The notes beneath the pieces are model-generated. The model worked only from the letters and a program-made list of their open reading frames with translations, searched no databases and had not been told where the DNA came from. Shown in pieces: positions 13,016 to 27,040 of a stretch of DNA of 64,000 nucleotides. Positions within the stretch are counted from its first letter, which is position 1, and each line of letters begins with the position of its first letter. Made by a program: the position numbers and the translations under genes. Origin of the DNA: Heterodontus francisci (Eukaryota); contig NC_090389.1 in assembly GCF_036365525.1 (NCBI RefSeq), positions 81,866,179 to 81,930,178 on the forward strand, in the 5' to 3' direction.

Positions 13016-13679
13016 TCCATAGGCTGGCTTTCTGTCTGATCTTTCCTCCCTGAGTGCAGGTTTCTATTCAGCCTCTCCCCACAGTTAACGGGAATGGGAT
13101 TGGGAATTTTTTGTCCAGAGCAACCTGTGTGAGGATTTTTGACCTGTGGTATCTTTAACATTATGGCATTGGTGATTGATCTGCTCAGAGATTAGATAGA
13201 GTGCTTAAGCTTTTTTTTCTACATTTGATCCGTGCCAGAGGGATGCTACTGAAGCAGATGTTTTTTGTCCTCTTACTGGGAAGTGTGGGGAACAATCCAG
13301 ATAAGCTGGGACTGTACAACACGTTCCGGTCAGCATTGCTGAGTCCAAAATAAACAGAATTGATGTACATGTGTAGAATGTACAAGGCCTTTCCAGAAAT
13401 TACTTCACTGGGTTCTCGTTGACCCTTGTGAGACCATTGTGCCAAAAATATTACAAAGTTATCTTTTATTTCGCTGCCCTTTTATGGACAGATTTTTTTA
13501 TCTCCCCATCTTACTACATGTGAGCAAGTTGCAGCATTTAGTAATTACAGGAGGCATCACGAGAGTACAGGGAGAAAATACTTCTGAAGAATATCTTTTT
13601 ATTTTTCCCTCTGAGTGAATTGGGAAATATTAGAGGTTAGGGGCAGTCAGGACAGAGAAACAAAGATATGAAAGATAGA

Positions 13680-13835
13680 AAGACTTGCATTTATATAGCC
13701 CCTTTCACAACCTCAGGACATCTCAAAGTGCTTTACAGCCAATAAGGTACTTTTTGAAGTGTACTCACTATAGAAAACCCAGCAGCCAATTCACAGATAG
13801 CAAGCTCCCTTAGACAGCAATGTGAAAATGACCAG
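13680..13835 (-). mobile_element. Deu-domain SINE 3' part
   Basis: Same motif series as 2765-2945. Confidence 0.7.
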
Positions 13836-13865
13836 AGAGGAAACACCAACATATTAAACATATTA

Positions 13866-15757
13866 AAGAACAAAGATAATTACAGCACAGGAACAGGCCC
13901 TTCGGCCCTCCAAGCCTGCGCCGATCCAGATCCTCTCTCTAAACATGTCGCCTATTTTCTAAGGTTCTGTATCTCTTTTTTCTTCCTGCCCATTCATGTA
14001 TCTGTCTAGATACATCTTAAAAGACGCCATCGTGCCCGCATCTACCACCTCCGCTGGCAACGCGTTCCAGGCACCCACCACCCTCTGCGTAAAGAACTTT
14101 CCACGCATATCCCCCCTAAACTTTTCCCCTTTCACTTTGAACTCGTGTCCTCTAGTAATTGAAACCCCCACTCTGGGAAAAAGCCTCTTGCTATCCACCC
14201 TGTCTATACCTCTCATGATTTTGTACACCTCAATCAGGTCCCCCCTCAACCTCCGTCTTTCTAATGAAAATAATCCTAATCTACTCAACCTCTCTTCATA
14301 GCTAGCGCCCTCCATACCAGGCAACATCCTGGTGAACCTCCTCTGCACCCTCTCCAAAGCATCCACATCCTTTTGGTAATGTGGCGACCAGAACTGCACG
14401 CAGTATTCCAAATGTGGCCGAACCAAAGTCCTATACAACTGTAACATGACCTGCCAACTCTTGTACTCAATACCCCGTCCGATGAAGGAAAGCATGCCGT
14501 ATGCCTTCTTGACCACTCTATTGACCTGCGTTGCAGGGAACAATGGACCTGAACACCCAAATCTCTCTGGACATCAATTTTCCCCAGGACTTTTCCATTT
14601 ACTGTATAGTTCACTCTTGAATTGGATCTTCCAAAATGCATCACCTCGCATTTGCCCTGATTGAACTCCATCTGCCATTTCTCTGCCCAACTCTCCAATC
14701 TATCTATATTCTGCTGTATTCTCTGACAGTCCCCTTCACTATCTGCTACTCCACCAAACTTAGTGTCGTCTGCAAACTTGCTAATCAGTCCACCTATACT
14801 TTCCTCCAAATCATTAATGTATATCACAAACAACAGTGGTCCCAGCACGGATCCCTGTGGAACACCACTGGTCACACGTCTCCATTTTGAGAAACTCCCT
14901 TCTACTGCTACTCTCTGTCTCCTGTTGCCCAGCCAGTTCTTTATCCATCTAGCTAGTACACCTTGGACCCCATGCGCCTTCACTTTCTCCATCAGCCTGC
15001 CATGGGGAACCTTATCAAACGCCTTACTGAAGTCCATGTATATGACATCGACAGCCCTTCCCTCATCAATCAACTTTGTCACTTCCTCAAAGAATTCTAT
15101 TAAGTTGGTAAGACATGACCTTCCCTGCACAAAACCATGTTGCCTATCACTGATAAGCCCATTTTCTTCCAAATGGGAATAGATCCTATCCCTCAGTATC
15201 TTCTCCAGCAGCTTCCCTACCACTGACGTCAGGCTCACCGGTCTATAATTACCTGGATTATCCCTGCTACCCTTCTTAAACAAGGGGACAGCATTAGCAA
15301 TTCTCCAGTCCTCCGGGACCTCACCCGTGTTTAAGGATGCTGCAAAGATATCTGTTAAGGCCCCAGCTATTTCCTCTCTCGCTTCCCTCAGTAACCTGGG
15401 ATAGATCCCATCCGGACCTGGGGACTTGTCCACCTTAATGCCCTTTAGAATACCCAACACTTCCTCCCTCCTTATGCCGACTTGACCTAGTGTAATCAAA
15501 CATCTGTTCCTAACCTCAACATCCGTCATGTCCCTCTCCTCGGTGAATACCGATGCAAAGTACTCGTTTAGAATCTCACCCATTTTCTCTGAGTCCAAGC
15601 ATAACATTCCTCCTTTGTCCTTTAGTGGGCCAATCCTTTCTCTAGTTACCCTCTTTCTCCTTATATATGAATAAAAGGCTTTGGGATTTTCTTTAACCCT
15701 GTTTGCTAAAGATATTTCATGACCCCTTTTAGCCCTCTTAATTCCTCGTTTCAGATT
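13866..15757 (-). mobile_element. CR1 LINE, 5'-truncated, RT domain with one frameshift
   Basis: ORFs 15772-14285 and 14543-13959 with PQGSVLGP, FADD and LEYCVQFWSP; tail of tctttgt-like repeats. Confidence 0.95.
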
Positions 15758-16266
15758 AAGAGCACCAAACATGGCTCACTACCTCAAAAATATTTAATTG
15801 GCTCTAACATGCTTTGGGACATCCTGAGGCCGTGAAAAGCACTACATAAATGCAAGTCTTCCTTTAAATCAGTGCTTTTTTGTTTTAACAATTGGGTCGT
15901 CGTTGACACTTTCTTAATGACATGTATTTTCAGTTAACGTAAACTGCTGCTCAATCAACTTGATTCATTTACACCTGCTTTACTAACTTGTCATCAAGGA
16001 CCAGAATCCCAACCAATATTTTTGCTTGCATGCACGCACTACAGGAACACAACCTCTGTAAGTCCAGGTTTCTCTAGTTTGAGGCCCAGAACCTAACTAA
16101 AAGTAGAGAAAGTCAGTGGGGTTCACTGGACAGCACTCAAGACCAAGATCTGGCTAGTTTTTCCAGTGAGGCCCATTGTATCATCTCTATAGCCACTCCA
16201 GCTATGATAACAACTCAGCACAGAGTGGGGATCAACCCTGTATTTGTATAACACCTTATCGTATCC

Positions 16267-16343
16267 AAGAACAACAAAGAACAAAGAAAATTACAACACA
16301 GGAACAGGCCCTTCGGCCAATCTTAGTGTCGTCTGCAAACTTG
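16267..16343 (-). mobile_element. 77-bp CR1 mini-insertion with an internal deletion and 8-bp TSD
   Basis: CR1 tail joined directly to the KFADDTKI-coding segment; tcgtatcc at 16259-16266 and 16344-16351. Confidence 0.8.
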
Positions 16344-16587
16344 TCGTATCCTTAGAACATAAAAAGTGCTACATAGCCAGTGACCTAGAGATGCTATTGT
16401 TTGCTTGAAAATGCAGCAGCTAATTTGCATACAGTTACTTAAGACACTTCCCTATTCTTCAAATTGTGCTCTGGTGCCTTACATCTACCAATGATGACCA
16501 TATCTCAGATGATGCACCCCTTCCTGAGCAATGCAGTGAAGTGTTAGCCTAGAATTGTGTGTTTAAAGTTGGGTATGAACCAATAAC

Positions 16588-16973
16588 TTTTTTCTTCTTC
16601 TTTCATGGAATGTGGGAGTTGTGGGCAATGGCAGCATTTGTTGCCCATCCCTAATTACCCTTAATACTGAGTGGTTTGCTGGGCCTTTTCAGAGGGCAGT
16701 TAAGAGTCAACTACATTGCTGTGGGTCTGGAGTCATATCTAGGCCAGACTGGGTAAGGATGGCAGATTTCCTCCCCTGAAGGACATTAGGAACCTGATGG
16801 GTTTTTATAACAATCGATGATAGTTACATGGCACCATTACTGAAACTAGCTTTCAATTCCAGATTTTTATTCATTAATTTAATTTAAAGTCCACCAGATG
16901 CCATGCCCTCGGCATTAGCCTGAGCCTCTGGATTAGTAGTTCAATGACATTACCACTACACCACCATCTCTCC
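16588..16973 (-). mobile_element. tRNA-derived SINE sharing its 3' tail with the LINE at 50019-50593
   Basis: Minus-strand head ggtggtgtagtggtaatg (A-box-like); tail cagcatttgttgcccatccctaatt, as at 50062-50087. Confidence 0.7.
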
Positions 16974-18409
16974 ATTCTGACCCTCTGAATGCAAGGTCAG
17001 AGTGCAGAAGTCATAGTAGGGTTACTAACTGGGTAAACTTGTTTATGCTTTAAGAGGCTGTTTTTTTAATGCTTCTACACCCTCATCAGCATTTTTTGCA
17101 GATAGAGAAGGAAAGATTATATTTATCCCTGAGCCAACAAAATTAAAATAGTTAATGCCATAACTTACAATGCAGCAGTGACCAGTCTTCAAAAGTACTT
17201 CACTGACTGTGAAACGCAGTGTTTGTGAAGAGCATTATGTTAATGAAAATTCTTTCTTTAAACTACTAAGGAGTCTTTCCTAGCCTGCATTCGTGAACTT
17301 CCTTGTGGCTACTTTCATTCTGAGATTAACAGAAACTTCCCATGCATCAGCAGGAGACTCACATGGGATCAGGATATTTTCAACTTCTGACTACCTGTTT
17401 CTCTCCTGAAAAACTGGCAACTATAAAGGGAAATCCGGTGGGGACTTTGGACATCACTTTTCCTGCCTGATTCAATTTTCAGACAGGCCTTTAAATGGGC
17501 ACCCAGCACACCTGCCCAAAAAAGGCAAGAAACTATTTAAATGTGCAATTCTGAATCCTACGCCTGAATGCAATTTTCACAGAGAAATGGGCGGAACAGG
17601 TGAAGTCCCCTCCCTTCAATCCACACTGGAGACCTTGCCTTCAATTGTCTAGGCCCTAAACTATTGAATTCCCTCCCTAAAACAAATCTGTCTTTTTACC
17701 TCTCTCTCCTCCTTTCAGACCTTCCTTAAAACCTATCCCTGACCAGGATTTTCATCGCCTCTCCTAATATTGCCTTCCCTGAAGAAAGAAAATTTACAGG
17801 GCTACAGGGAAAAGGCAGGAGAGTGGGACTAGGTGAGTTATAGAGGAAGCACAGACATGATGGGCTGAATTGCCTGCTTCTGTGATGTAACCATTCTATG
17901 ACTCTTTGGCTCTATGTCATTTTTTTTGTCTGGCTATGCTCCTGTGGCTCATATTCCTACTTTAAAGGCAGTATATAAATGCAAGTTTTTGTTGCTTCAA
18001 GTCCATCTTAAAAATCTTCCCCCTCAAGTTTGAAGAAGACTACACCAATAATCTTTGGCACCTCGGTTTCTGTTTCTCATGGAGAAAGCAAGAGAACATA
18101 ATGAAGGTGAAGCTCTCCCAGGATTCATCATGCTTGTGAAAGTCTATAATCTAAAAATATAGTGAATGTGGTCTGGCAATTTAATTTGATAGGGTAGATA
18201 GAAGTTATTTCCTCTCTGTGAGAGAGTCCAGAATAAGGGGTACATCCGTAAAATTAGAGCTAGGCTGTTCAAACATGATGTCAGGAAGTACTTCTTCACA
18301 CAAAGGGTAATGGAACTCTGGAACTCTTCGCCCCCCAAAAGATATTGAGGCTGGGTTGGGGGGTGGGGGGGGGGGGTGGTGCGTGGGGGGAGGGTCAGTT
18401 AAAAATTTC

Positions 18410-18845
18410 AAAACTGGAGGGCCAATCAGAGACCTTCCAGCTTGAAAAGAGGAGCAGACTGTGATGGAAGGTAAGTAAGAGAGAGGGTGCTTCAAGATGG
18501 AGGCGCCCTCTCTCCAACTTTTTCATCTAAATTAAAAAATGGCTTTTGCAGCCACATCACCTCTACAGGATGGCCTCCAGGCACCTAAATTGGCCTCCGT
18601 CGCGTGCGGGAACCTGGAGGCTAGCTGGAAAATCCCAATCGGGCTCCTTTAGTTGGCCTCAAGTGGCTCTTAATGAGCTGGATCGGCTACCCATCACGTG
18701 CAGGCAGGTAGCCCTACCAACCTCCGATCCTGCCTCCGCAAAAATGTCCTGGAGGCAGGGAACCAGCAGGCCGGCTGGTGGGGCTATTTTTAGCTCCCCC
18801 ACCCGCCTCCAATCCCGGCCCCCGGCAGGGGCTGAAAATCCAGCG
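18410..18845. mobile_element. Partial Harbinger-type non-autonomous element
   Basis: ctggagggccaatcagag...aagatggaggcgccctc, shared with 1117-1803 and 30475-31205; ends gaaaatccagcgc. Confidence 0.55.
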
Positions 18846-21800
18846 CTAGGACTTTTTCACATGCTAATAATGGGCCTCCCACCTGTTGCAGGTTCCCACA
18901 GCAGCATTGGTCAGTGCTGAGTGGAGCAAATGTCAAGTTCTGGTGGGAATTCTGCAGCTGCCAACAAAAAGCAAGTATTTTCTTTACTCACCTTCCTATT
19001 CAGCCTTGAGGAGCAGGATCCACAGTACTCCTGCTGCCCGGTGCTGCCCCGCGGTCATTCCCCTTCTTGACCATTTTTTGTCCCCTTGCGACCAGTATCC
19101 CCCCACCTACCCCACAACCTTATCTGAGGGCCCCTGCTGCCTTTCCGCCTTGTGTTTGCCTACAATCCAGTTTGCGTTTTATTTTCTCCGTCCATTTAAC
19201 CTAGGCAAGGTCATTTTTTTTAATCTCTCTATAATTTACTCTTTTTTCCTTTAGTCAGCTACCCTTGACCTGTACTTTTCTTTTTCATCTTTTTTAACAT
19301 TGAGCCTAATCATCATGTGGTCACTGTTTTTGCTAAATCATCTCCTGCATTTAGGTCATCCTATTTGCTCTTTGCATTACCCAGAGCCAGATCAGGTAGT
19401 TTTGATAAGCAAGGGGTGGAAGGTTATTGGGGGTAGGCGGGAATGTGGAGTTGAGGTTACAATCAGATCAGCCATGATCTTATTGATTGGTGGAGCAGGC
19501 TCGAGGGGCTAACTCCTGCTCCTAATTTGTATGTTCGTATGGTCTATAATATACTCCCAGTAATCTGATCAATTCCTTGCTGCTCCTAAGCTCAATTAAG
19601 GAATTCTGTTTGGGCCGCTTCTTTATTTATGCCTTGAAAACCTAGTCCATCTCTAATTAATATTTCTACTACTCCTCCTGTTTCTTCCTCTGTTTAGACT
19701 TTAAGCTTTAGACCCAATATTTAATTGTCAATCCTGACCCATTTTTGAGGCAGGTACTCAGGATGAAAAATATCTTTAAACTGTGTCATGATAGTGAAAT
19801 GAAGTCAGGAGGCTGTCTCTAGTACAGGGAAAAGAAATAATTTTTAGTATGATTAGTTGCAGCAATTACAAATGGGAATAAGGATCTGGTCAGTTTTTCT
19901 GCCTTGGCTAATTTAAGGGGGAAAAGTGAAAGTGAGTAGAAAGCAGAGGCAGGCTCTTTACAATGATCTACTTTTTCACAAAATTAGCATAAAGCAGAAA
20001 TTTTGGCACTTTGATTTTAGGCTTGGACAGGATGAAAAGTTAAAGATCATCATTTTGGAGATTTTGTATGCAGTCCCATGATTAGATTTCCCCTATAAGA
20101 GACCAGTAAGAACGCGACAGCTCAAGAGAAGTCAGCAGCCAGTGGGATTACGTCATTTCAGTCAAGGTGTAATTTCAGAACAGGGGAGCTACTGACAAGC
20201 TTTGTCAATCCTCACTTTACTTTGTATTCCAGCCTACCTCTCATACCCCCTCCCCTGCCCCACTCCTCTAGGTCCAGTGTAGAATCTGGTCAGTGACATG
20301 GATACGGTGTTGTTAGAAATTGGCACGCATTACAAACATCTTTTTCTTTTACTGATATATGTACACTACACATTAGTAAACAGATATTTAAAGGAGGAAG
20401 AAAACATTTAGTATTCTGATTAAATAAAAAAAAACACCAACCCTCTCCAACTGGGAATTTGCTTTTTAATTTTCAAGACCAGTCATTTTTAATAGGCTGA
20501 TTTTTACGAGGAAATCTATATTGATGTTTCACATCAAGTTCCACTTCTGAATACTTAATGGTCATTAAATATTTATTTAAATAAACATTTGATAAGGTAC
20601 AGGATGTGCTGATTTTTATCATGCTGAATATGCAGAGGAATCAGAATATATTCCTAAAATAGCTGCAATTATATATTTTTTTGGATCTGGCACCATTGGT
20701 CCCATTCCAAGTACCTCTGGTACGTGCAGTTCAGCTTGCCAAAGAAAATTTCTCGAAAGCTTTATTATTAACCTTTCAGCTGGATGATGCTAACCAAGAT
20801 GCCCAATTAGCCTGGTCGCAGAAAGTTTCACTCCCGACAAAGGAGATCGGGTTTCATGGAAGTAACGAAGAGTAAAGTGAACAACAGGAGCTTGTATTTA
20901 CATAGCACATTTAACAGAGTAAAACGTCACAAGGCATTTTAAAGGTGAATTAACAAACAAAATTTGACACCAAGCCACATAAGGAGACCTTACATCAGGT
21001 GACCAAAAGCTTTGCCAAAGATGCAGGTTCTAAGAAATGTGATAAAAGTGGAGAGAGGTGGAGAGGTTTACGGAGGGAATTCCAGTGCGTAGGCCTAGGC
21101 AGCTGAAGGCACGGATGCCAATGGTAGGGCGAAGGAAATCAGGAATGTGCAAAAGACCAGAGTTGGACTGTTATTTAAGGGATTCCACAAGTCTAACGGT
21201 ATAAAGAAATGCAGAAAGAAAAGCTGGCAATGGAACAAACAGATTCTGTTTCCGTATTAACGGTGTGAGCTGATATGCTAATTCTGCTCACTATCCTGCT
21301 TGAAGCCATTTGCAGATAGAGAATAAAGTTTTTTATGAAATGATATAAGGTGTGCCACAGAGTGGTGTTATTCAGGCTTATATCCAAAGCCCCCCTTCCC
21401 ACAAGTACCCAAATTTGCTGTGCAACTTCCTGGAGATTTCCCAACAGGAACCCAGCATTTCTACACAGTAGAGGGTTCAAGGTAGAGGGTTCAGATGTGG
21501 TATGGGAGCAGGTTGGCCACTAGCTCAGCTGGAGGTAGTATATGCCATAGGAAAACGCACAAGTGGGTAAGAAGAAGAAATACATTTTTTTTAAAAACTG
21601 TCTCAAAGAAATAGGAGATCAAAGACCAATGCGTTTACTTCAATTAAAGACTTTGAACTGAGAATCTATATTTTCCGGCCCTCTTCCACCCACTGTCCAA
21701 TTTTTAAGAGCCTGCTACTAGACTGAAGGAATATGGGTTGAGAAAATCTTGCTTCCCAATTGCTTCATTTTTATAAGCCACCTTGATTATCAACAGTATT

Positions 21801-23069
21801 GCTGAGGAAAGTAGCAACAAGGCTCCAAAGTAATTTAAAAAGTACTTATTTGGTTGCAAAGCACTTTCAGACATCCTGAGGTTGGAAAAGGCGCTGTATA
21901 CATGCAAGTTTGTTCACTTACTTTCTTTCCATCTTTCTTTCTTATCAAAATCAGCAGATTTGCCAATTCTACAGAAAATTGAACTCCAACCAAAACATCC
22001 ATTTTCTAAATTTTCCCCATTCCCATTGAGGGAATGGAGGGGAAAGTTGTAGCATGATTCATGCTTGGGTTGTTTTACGCGGCTTTTAAAAATTACTCCA
22101 CGTATTATTTATTAAATGGACAAGTAATAAGACAGCAATAATGCAACAACAACACCATTTTTACAGTGCTTTGATTTTCCAATTTGAATTTAGCAAAGGT
22201 GGCAGCAACTCTATCACCTTCTCTTGCTAGGCGCCCAGAAGATCAGTGCAACAAATGTATTTTAATGTCATTGCATTTCGCTTTTTGGAGCAGTAAATCG
22301 ACCCCAACCCCTATATTGAATCATGTAGCACAGAAGGAGGCAATTCAGCCCATCATGCCTTTGCTGGCTCTTTGAAAGTGCTATCCAGTTAATCCCAGTC
22401 TCCTCACTGTTAGCCTGTAGCCCTGCAAAAGTTAAAGTTTACAACTAAATCTGCTTCCACCACCCTTTCAGCTAGTCCATTCCAGATCATAACTTTCTGC
22501 ATAAAAGAATTTCTCCTTACCACTCCCTTTGGGTTTTTTTTTGCTCAGGACATTCAGCGGTTTAATCAGTTTAATCTTAATAAATGAGATTTAATGTCAC
22601 TTACTTGGCCCCATTAGCTGCCCTAAGTCTTCCTTCAGATTCTCAGCTCCACAGGAAATTAAAACTCTGGACAAGAGATGGGAAGCAAATCATACAGCTG
22701 TATTTAATTTGCAGGCTAAAGGTTTACACCACTGGCCTTTCTCTTGGGTTCCATTTGTGCTGATGTTTTGGGTTTGAAACCTGCCTAGAGGACTGACCGA
22801 CTGCACTGATGATCTTGCTATGCAAGTTTTTTTTCAGTGAGAACACTTCCAAACCTGTTTGTGCTGGGAGCCTAAGGGGGACTAATAAAATCACCCTGTA
22901 TTCTTCAGCACATGCATAGCAGAGATACAGCGCAAGGTTTTGTGATGTGCTGAAAATCTACAAACTTTTAAAGAACTGCGTGAGTCTTACAAACAGCCAT
23001 TCACAAAGCTGTCACTCGCTAAAAATGCAACTGAATGGTAACTATGCAAGTATTGTTTATGTACTCCAT

Positions 23070-23990
23070 TAATGGAGGCATGAAGTATAAAAGCAAGGAA
23101 CTTATGGCAAACCTTTATAAATCACTGGTTAGACCTCAGCTGGAGTATTGAGTCCAATTCTGGACACAACACTTTAAAAAGAATGTCAAAGCCTTGGAAA
23201 GGCTGTGGAGGAGGTTTATTAGAGTGGTACCAGGGATGAGAAACTTCATCTATCTGGAGAGTCCAGAGAAGCTCAGATTATTCTCCTCAGAATAGAGAAT
23301 ATTAAGGTTAGATTTAATAGAAGTGTTCAAGACTGAAGAATTTTAATAGAGTAAATAGGGAGAAACTGTTTCCACTGGCAGGAGGGTCGGTAATCAGAGA
23401 CTTAAGGTAATTGCCGAAAGAATCAGAGGTGAGAGAAGGAGAATTTTTTTAACGCATTAAATTGTTAATCTCTGGAATGCGCAGCCTGAAAGGGTGGTGG
23501 AAGCAGATTCAGTAATAACTTTCAAAAGAGAATTGGATAAATACTTGAAAAGGAAGCATTTGCAGGGCTATGGAGAAATTGCTGGAGAGTGGAACTAATT
23601 GGATAGCTCTTTCAAAGAGCTGGCACAGGCATGAAGGGCCTTAAAATTATGAGGTGTTTGAATACAGTAGCTAAGGATAAACTGTTTCCACTGGCAGGAA
23701 AGTCAATAACCAGAGAATACAGATTTAAGATAGCTGGCAAAAGAACCAGAGGTGGGATGAGGAGAATTTTTTTTACACACTGAGTTGTTATGATCTGGAA
23801 TGCACTGCCTGAAAAGGTACTGGAAGCAGATTCAATAATAACTTTCAAAATGGAATTGGATATGTACTTGAGAAGGAAAAATATGCAGGGTTATGGGAAA
23901 GAGCAAGGGAGTGGGACTAATGGATAGTTCTTTCAATGAGTCAGCAGACACGATGGGCTGAATTGCCTCCTTCTCTACTATATATGATTT
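23070..23990 (+). mobile_element. Two adjacent old CR1 3' fragments
   Basis: The 3' block aaactgtttccactggcagga...gaagcagattca.taataactttcaaaa occurs twice (about 23365-23640 and 23680-23990). Confidence 0.8.
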
Positions 23991-24174
23991 TATGTTTTGT
24001 GTTTAGTACCGGTAATGCTACATCTAGATTAGGGCATCACTGATCACCGGTGAGCAACAATACTGAGCCACCTGCCCCCCTACCCCTACCCCCACTGCTG
24101 GAACACCTCATCCTAAATCACAAAGAGCTTCCTGTCAGTTTACCTCCCAACTGCTTGATCAGGGTAGAAGAAGT

Positions 24175-24860
24175 GCATGTCCACAGGTCCCTGAAGGTGC
24201 AGGACAGGTAGATAGAGTGGTGAAGAAGGCATATGGAATGCTTTCCCTTATTGGCCGAGGTATAGAATACAAAAGCAGGAATGTAATGCTGGAACTGTAT
24301 AAAACGCTTATTAAGCCACAGCTGGAGTATTGCGTAAAGTTCTGGTCACCACATTACAGAAAGGACATAATTGTTCTGGAGAGAGTACAGAGGAGATTTA
24401 CAAGAATGTTGCCAAGGCTTGAAACTTGCAGCCCTGAGGAAAGATTGGATCGGCTAGGATTGTTTTCCTTAGAACAGAGGAGGCTGAGGGGTGACTTAAT
24501 AGAAAGTGTACAAAATTATGAGGGGCCGAGATAGAGTAGACAGGAAGGACCTGTTTCCCCTAGCGGAGAGCTCAATTACCAGGGGGCACAGATTTAAGGT
24601 GATTGGTAGAAGCATTAGAGGATACATGAGGAAAAACTTTTTCAACCAGAGGGTGGTGTCTGGATCGGTGGTGGAGGCAGAAACCCTCAACTCTTTTAAA
24701 AGTTACCAGGATATGCACCTGAAGTGCTGTAACCTGCAAGGCTACGGACCAGGTGCTGGAAGGTGGGATTAGACTAGGAGGCTAGTTTTTTCGGCCGGCG
24801 CAGACATGATGGGCTGAATGGCCTCCTTCTGTGCTGTAACTTTTCTATTATTCTATGATT
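24175..24860 (+). mobile_element. CR1 3' fragment
   Basis: VKKAYGMLSLIGRGIEYKS...LEYCVKFWSPHYRKD; same subfamily as 51680-52560. Confidence 0.9.
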
Positions 24861-25446
24861 ACTCATTTTAAGAACAACAAAGTGCTTCAGTTACAGCTTG
24901 ATTAGCCTTGAACTTGTTTAAGGAAAGTCCTACGTAATCCCTTAAGCTTCCTAAACTTGGCATTAGTTAAATTGCTATCATTTGGGTGACCTATCCCTCC
25001 CAACACGAGCAATGCACAATTGTTTGCAAACTTTCCATTTAACTATAAAGGTCACCTCACTAAGCCTTTTGAAACAAAGGGACTGCTGGCATGTTTACTC
25101 AAAAACTTTCCCAACAGCAGATTTCATTCTTCTTTGAAACAATTGCCAGTGTTGAATTTGAGAAAAAATAAAGTCAAACTGAATTGTCATACTGACTGCG
25201 TGCAGGAATGAGGATTGCTTAATTATTTAGAAACCAGGGAGCAGATTCTGAAATGGTAACCCTGGGAACATGAAAGAGACAAGAAGTCAATAAAATCTTT
25301 TAGCTGGAAGACTATTGAAAGTTTTTATTTTTTTTAAACAAACATGCAGGGGGTGGAAATCAGATAATCCTCTAATGAGTAAATTTAAAGCTTATCAAAA
25401 TTACCGAAAAGATTTTTAAATGAAGGTTTACAAATGGTGAGACATG

Positions 25447-26512
25447 AGGCTGAATTATTCCACCAGAGATGATGTCCCACTGCGGGGACCGCAAGCAAAA
25501 CCCGACCCCGTGCTGGCAAGTAGCATTTTACTGGCGGTGGCCAATTAAGGGGCCACTGCCAGGACCACTGTCCAATTTTAGATGGCAGCCTGCCTCCCAG
25601 TGCTGCCACTCCAATCAGAGGGCTGGCGGCACTGCAGCCTTGACAGTGCCAGCATTAGAGGGGGCCACTGCTGAGGTTGCAGGATGAAGGAGAGGGCTCC
25701 TCCGTGCTGAGGTGCCCTCGAAGTCCAGGTAGGTTTTTATTCTTACCTTGTCGGGGCCAACAAGGCAGGCCCCAGTGATTGGGATGGGGCGGTTCCCGCC
25801 GCCACGGCATATTACCGGCGGCGGGAAGACATCGGCCTTAGCTTCTGATGCCTTCTGCCATCATTTTACCAGGCCTCCTGCCTCCCAGCCCATCTCCAAA
25901 GGGCTGGTACAATCCAGCTCATGAAGTGGGGGTTGTAATTTTCACTCTCCTCTCACCCCCACTGGGGGGGAGCAGGAGACGTGGTATTCTTAAAATTGTG
26001 GTGCTGAGCCTACCCCGTCACATTCCCAATCCACCCGCTGCCATATTGCTGGGGGTCTTCAGAAGGGCGGTCAGAGCTGCGTATCTGATTCAGCCAAGCA
26101 CATCTTTAACATATGTAATTCAGGATCCTGTGATATGCATAGGACCCCACAGCAATTTTCAGGAACCAATGAGTGTATTGGTACTCGGCACAGAGCAGCC
26201 GAACCAGCAGCCCTTAAAGGGACCCCTGCCCATTGCTCACAACATAGGGCCAGAAAAGAAGCCACGCTGCTGATTTTTGTGGGGTCGGATAAAGCAGGAA
26301 TGCTATTCCCAGCCCCAACAGAAATGTTAACGGCCCGCTTCTGGTCATTTCCTGCCCTTTCCCTTTAACTTATAACTTGACTCTGCGGAGGAGCTGCCAG
26401 ATTTCCCTTCCCACTGCCCCCCCACCCATTCCCTGCTCACGCAGCTCACGGGGGACAATGGTTGGGTGGGTCCCATCGCCCCTGTCTGCTTTCCGTTGAA
26501 AGTTAAAGCCTG
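25447..26512. mobile_element. Two adjacent Harbinger-type non-autonomous TIR elements
   Basis: First element runs gaggctgaattattc ... tacaatccagctc (to about 25920); the second starts gggggttgtaattttc. GC-rich bodies contain ggccaattaagg motifs. Confidence 0.5.
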
Positions 26513-27040
26513 ACATGCTGTCTTAGTATTAAAAGATGCATTTAGCTCCCTCCACAGCCTAATGGTTAAAGACTGTATCTGGCATGGTGCTATTTCATAG
26601 GAGTCAGCACAGGATTGTAATGTGTTGTACTTCACAGTCACATAGCTTGCTGACACTCACAATTCCTGAAATATAGAGCAAGCAGTTAAATGGGCAGAGA
26701 ACAGCAAGAGTTTGGGCCTTAAGTAGAGAAGGGAGAGAACTGTGAGGGAAAAAAATAATATTTTTAGATTTCATTCATTTATTAAAATTTATGGCTTTTT
26801 GCTTGTTTTTGGACAGGCTTCCTTGTTTCAGCTGTACTGTGCCAAGTAATTTTTTATAAAAACAAACCAAGCAGAAAATGTATTGACCTTCAGTTCCATT
26901 AACTGCTGCGTGACAGAGATTTGTATCTAAAAAAATCACGTTTCCTAAATCTATAGCTATCCAAGATTCATGAATGTACAAAGCTGACCAGCTCCGATGC
27001 CAAATAATGTTATGCTTGGATGAGGATTTCTGTTGACTGT

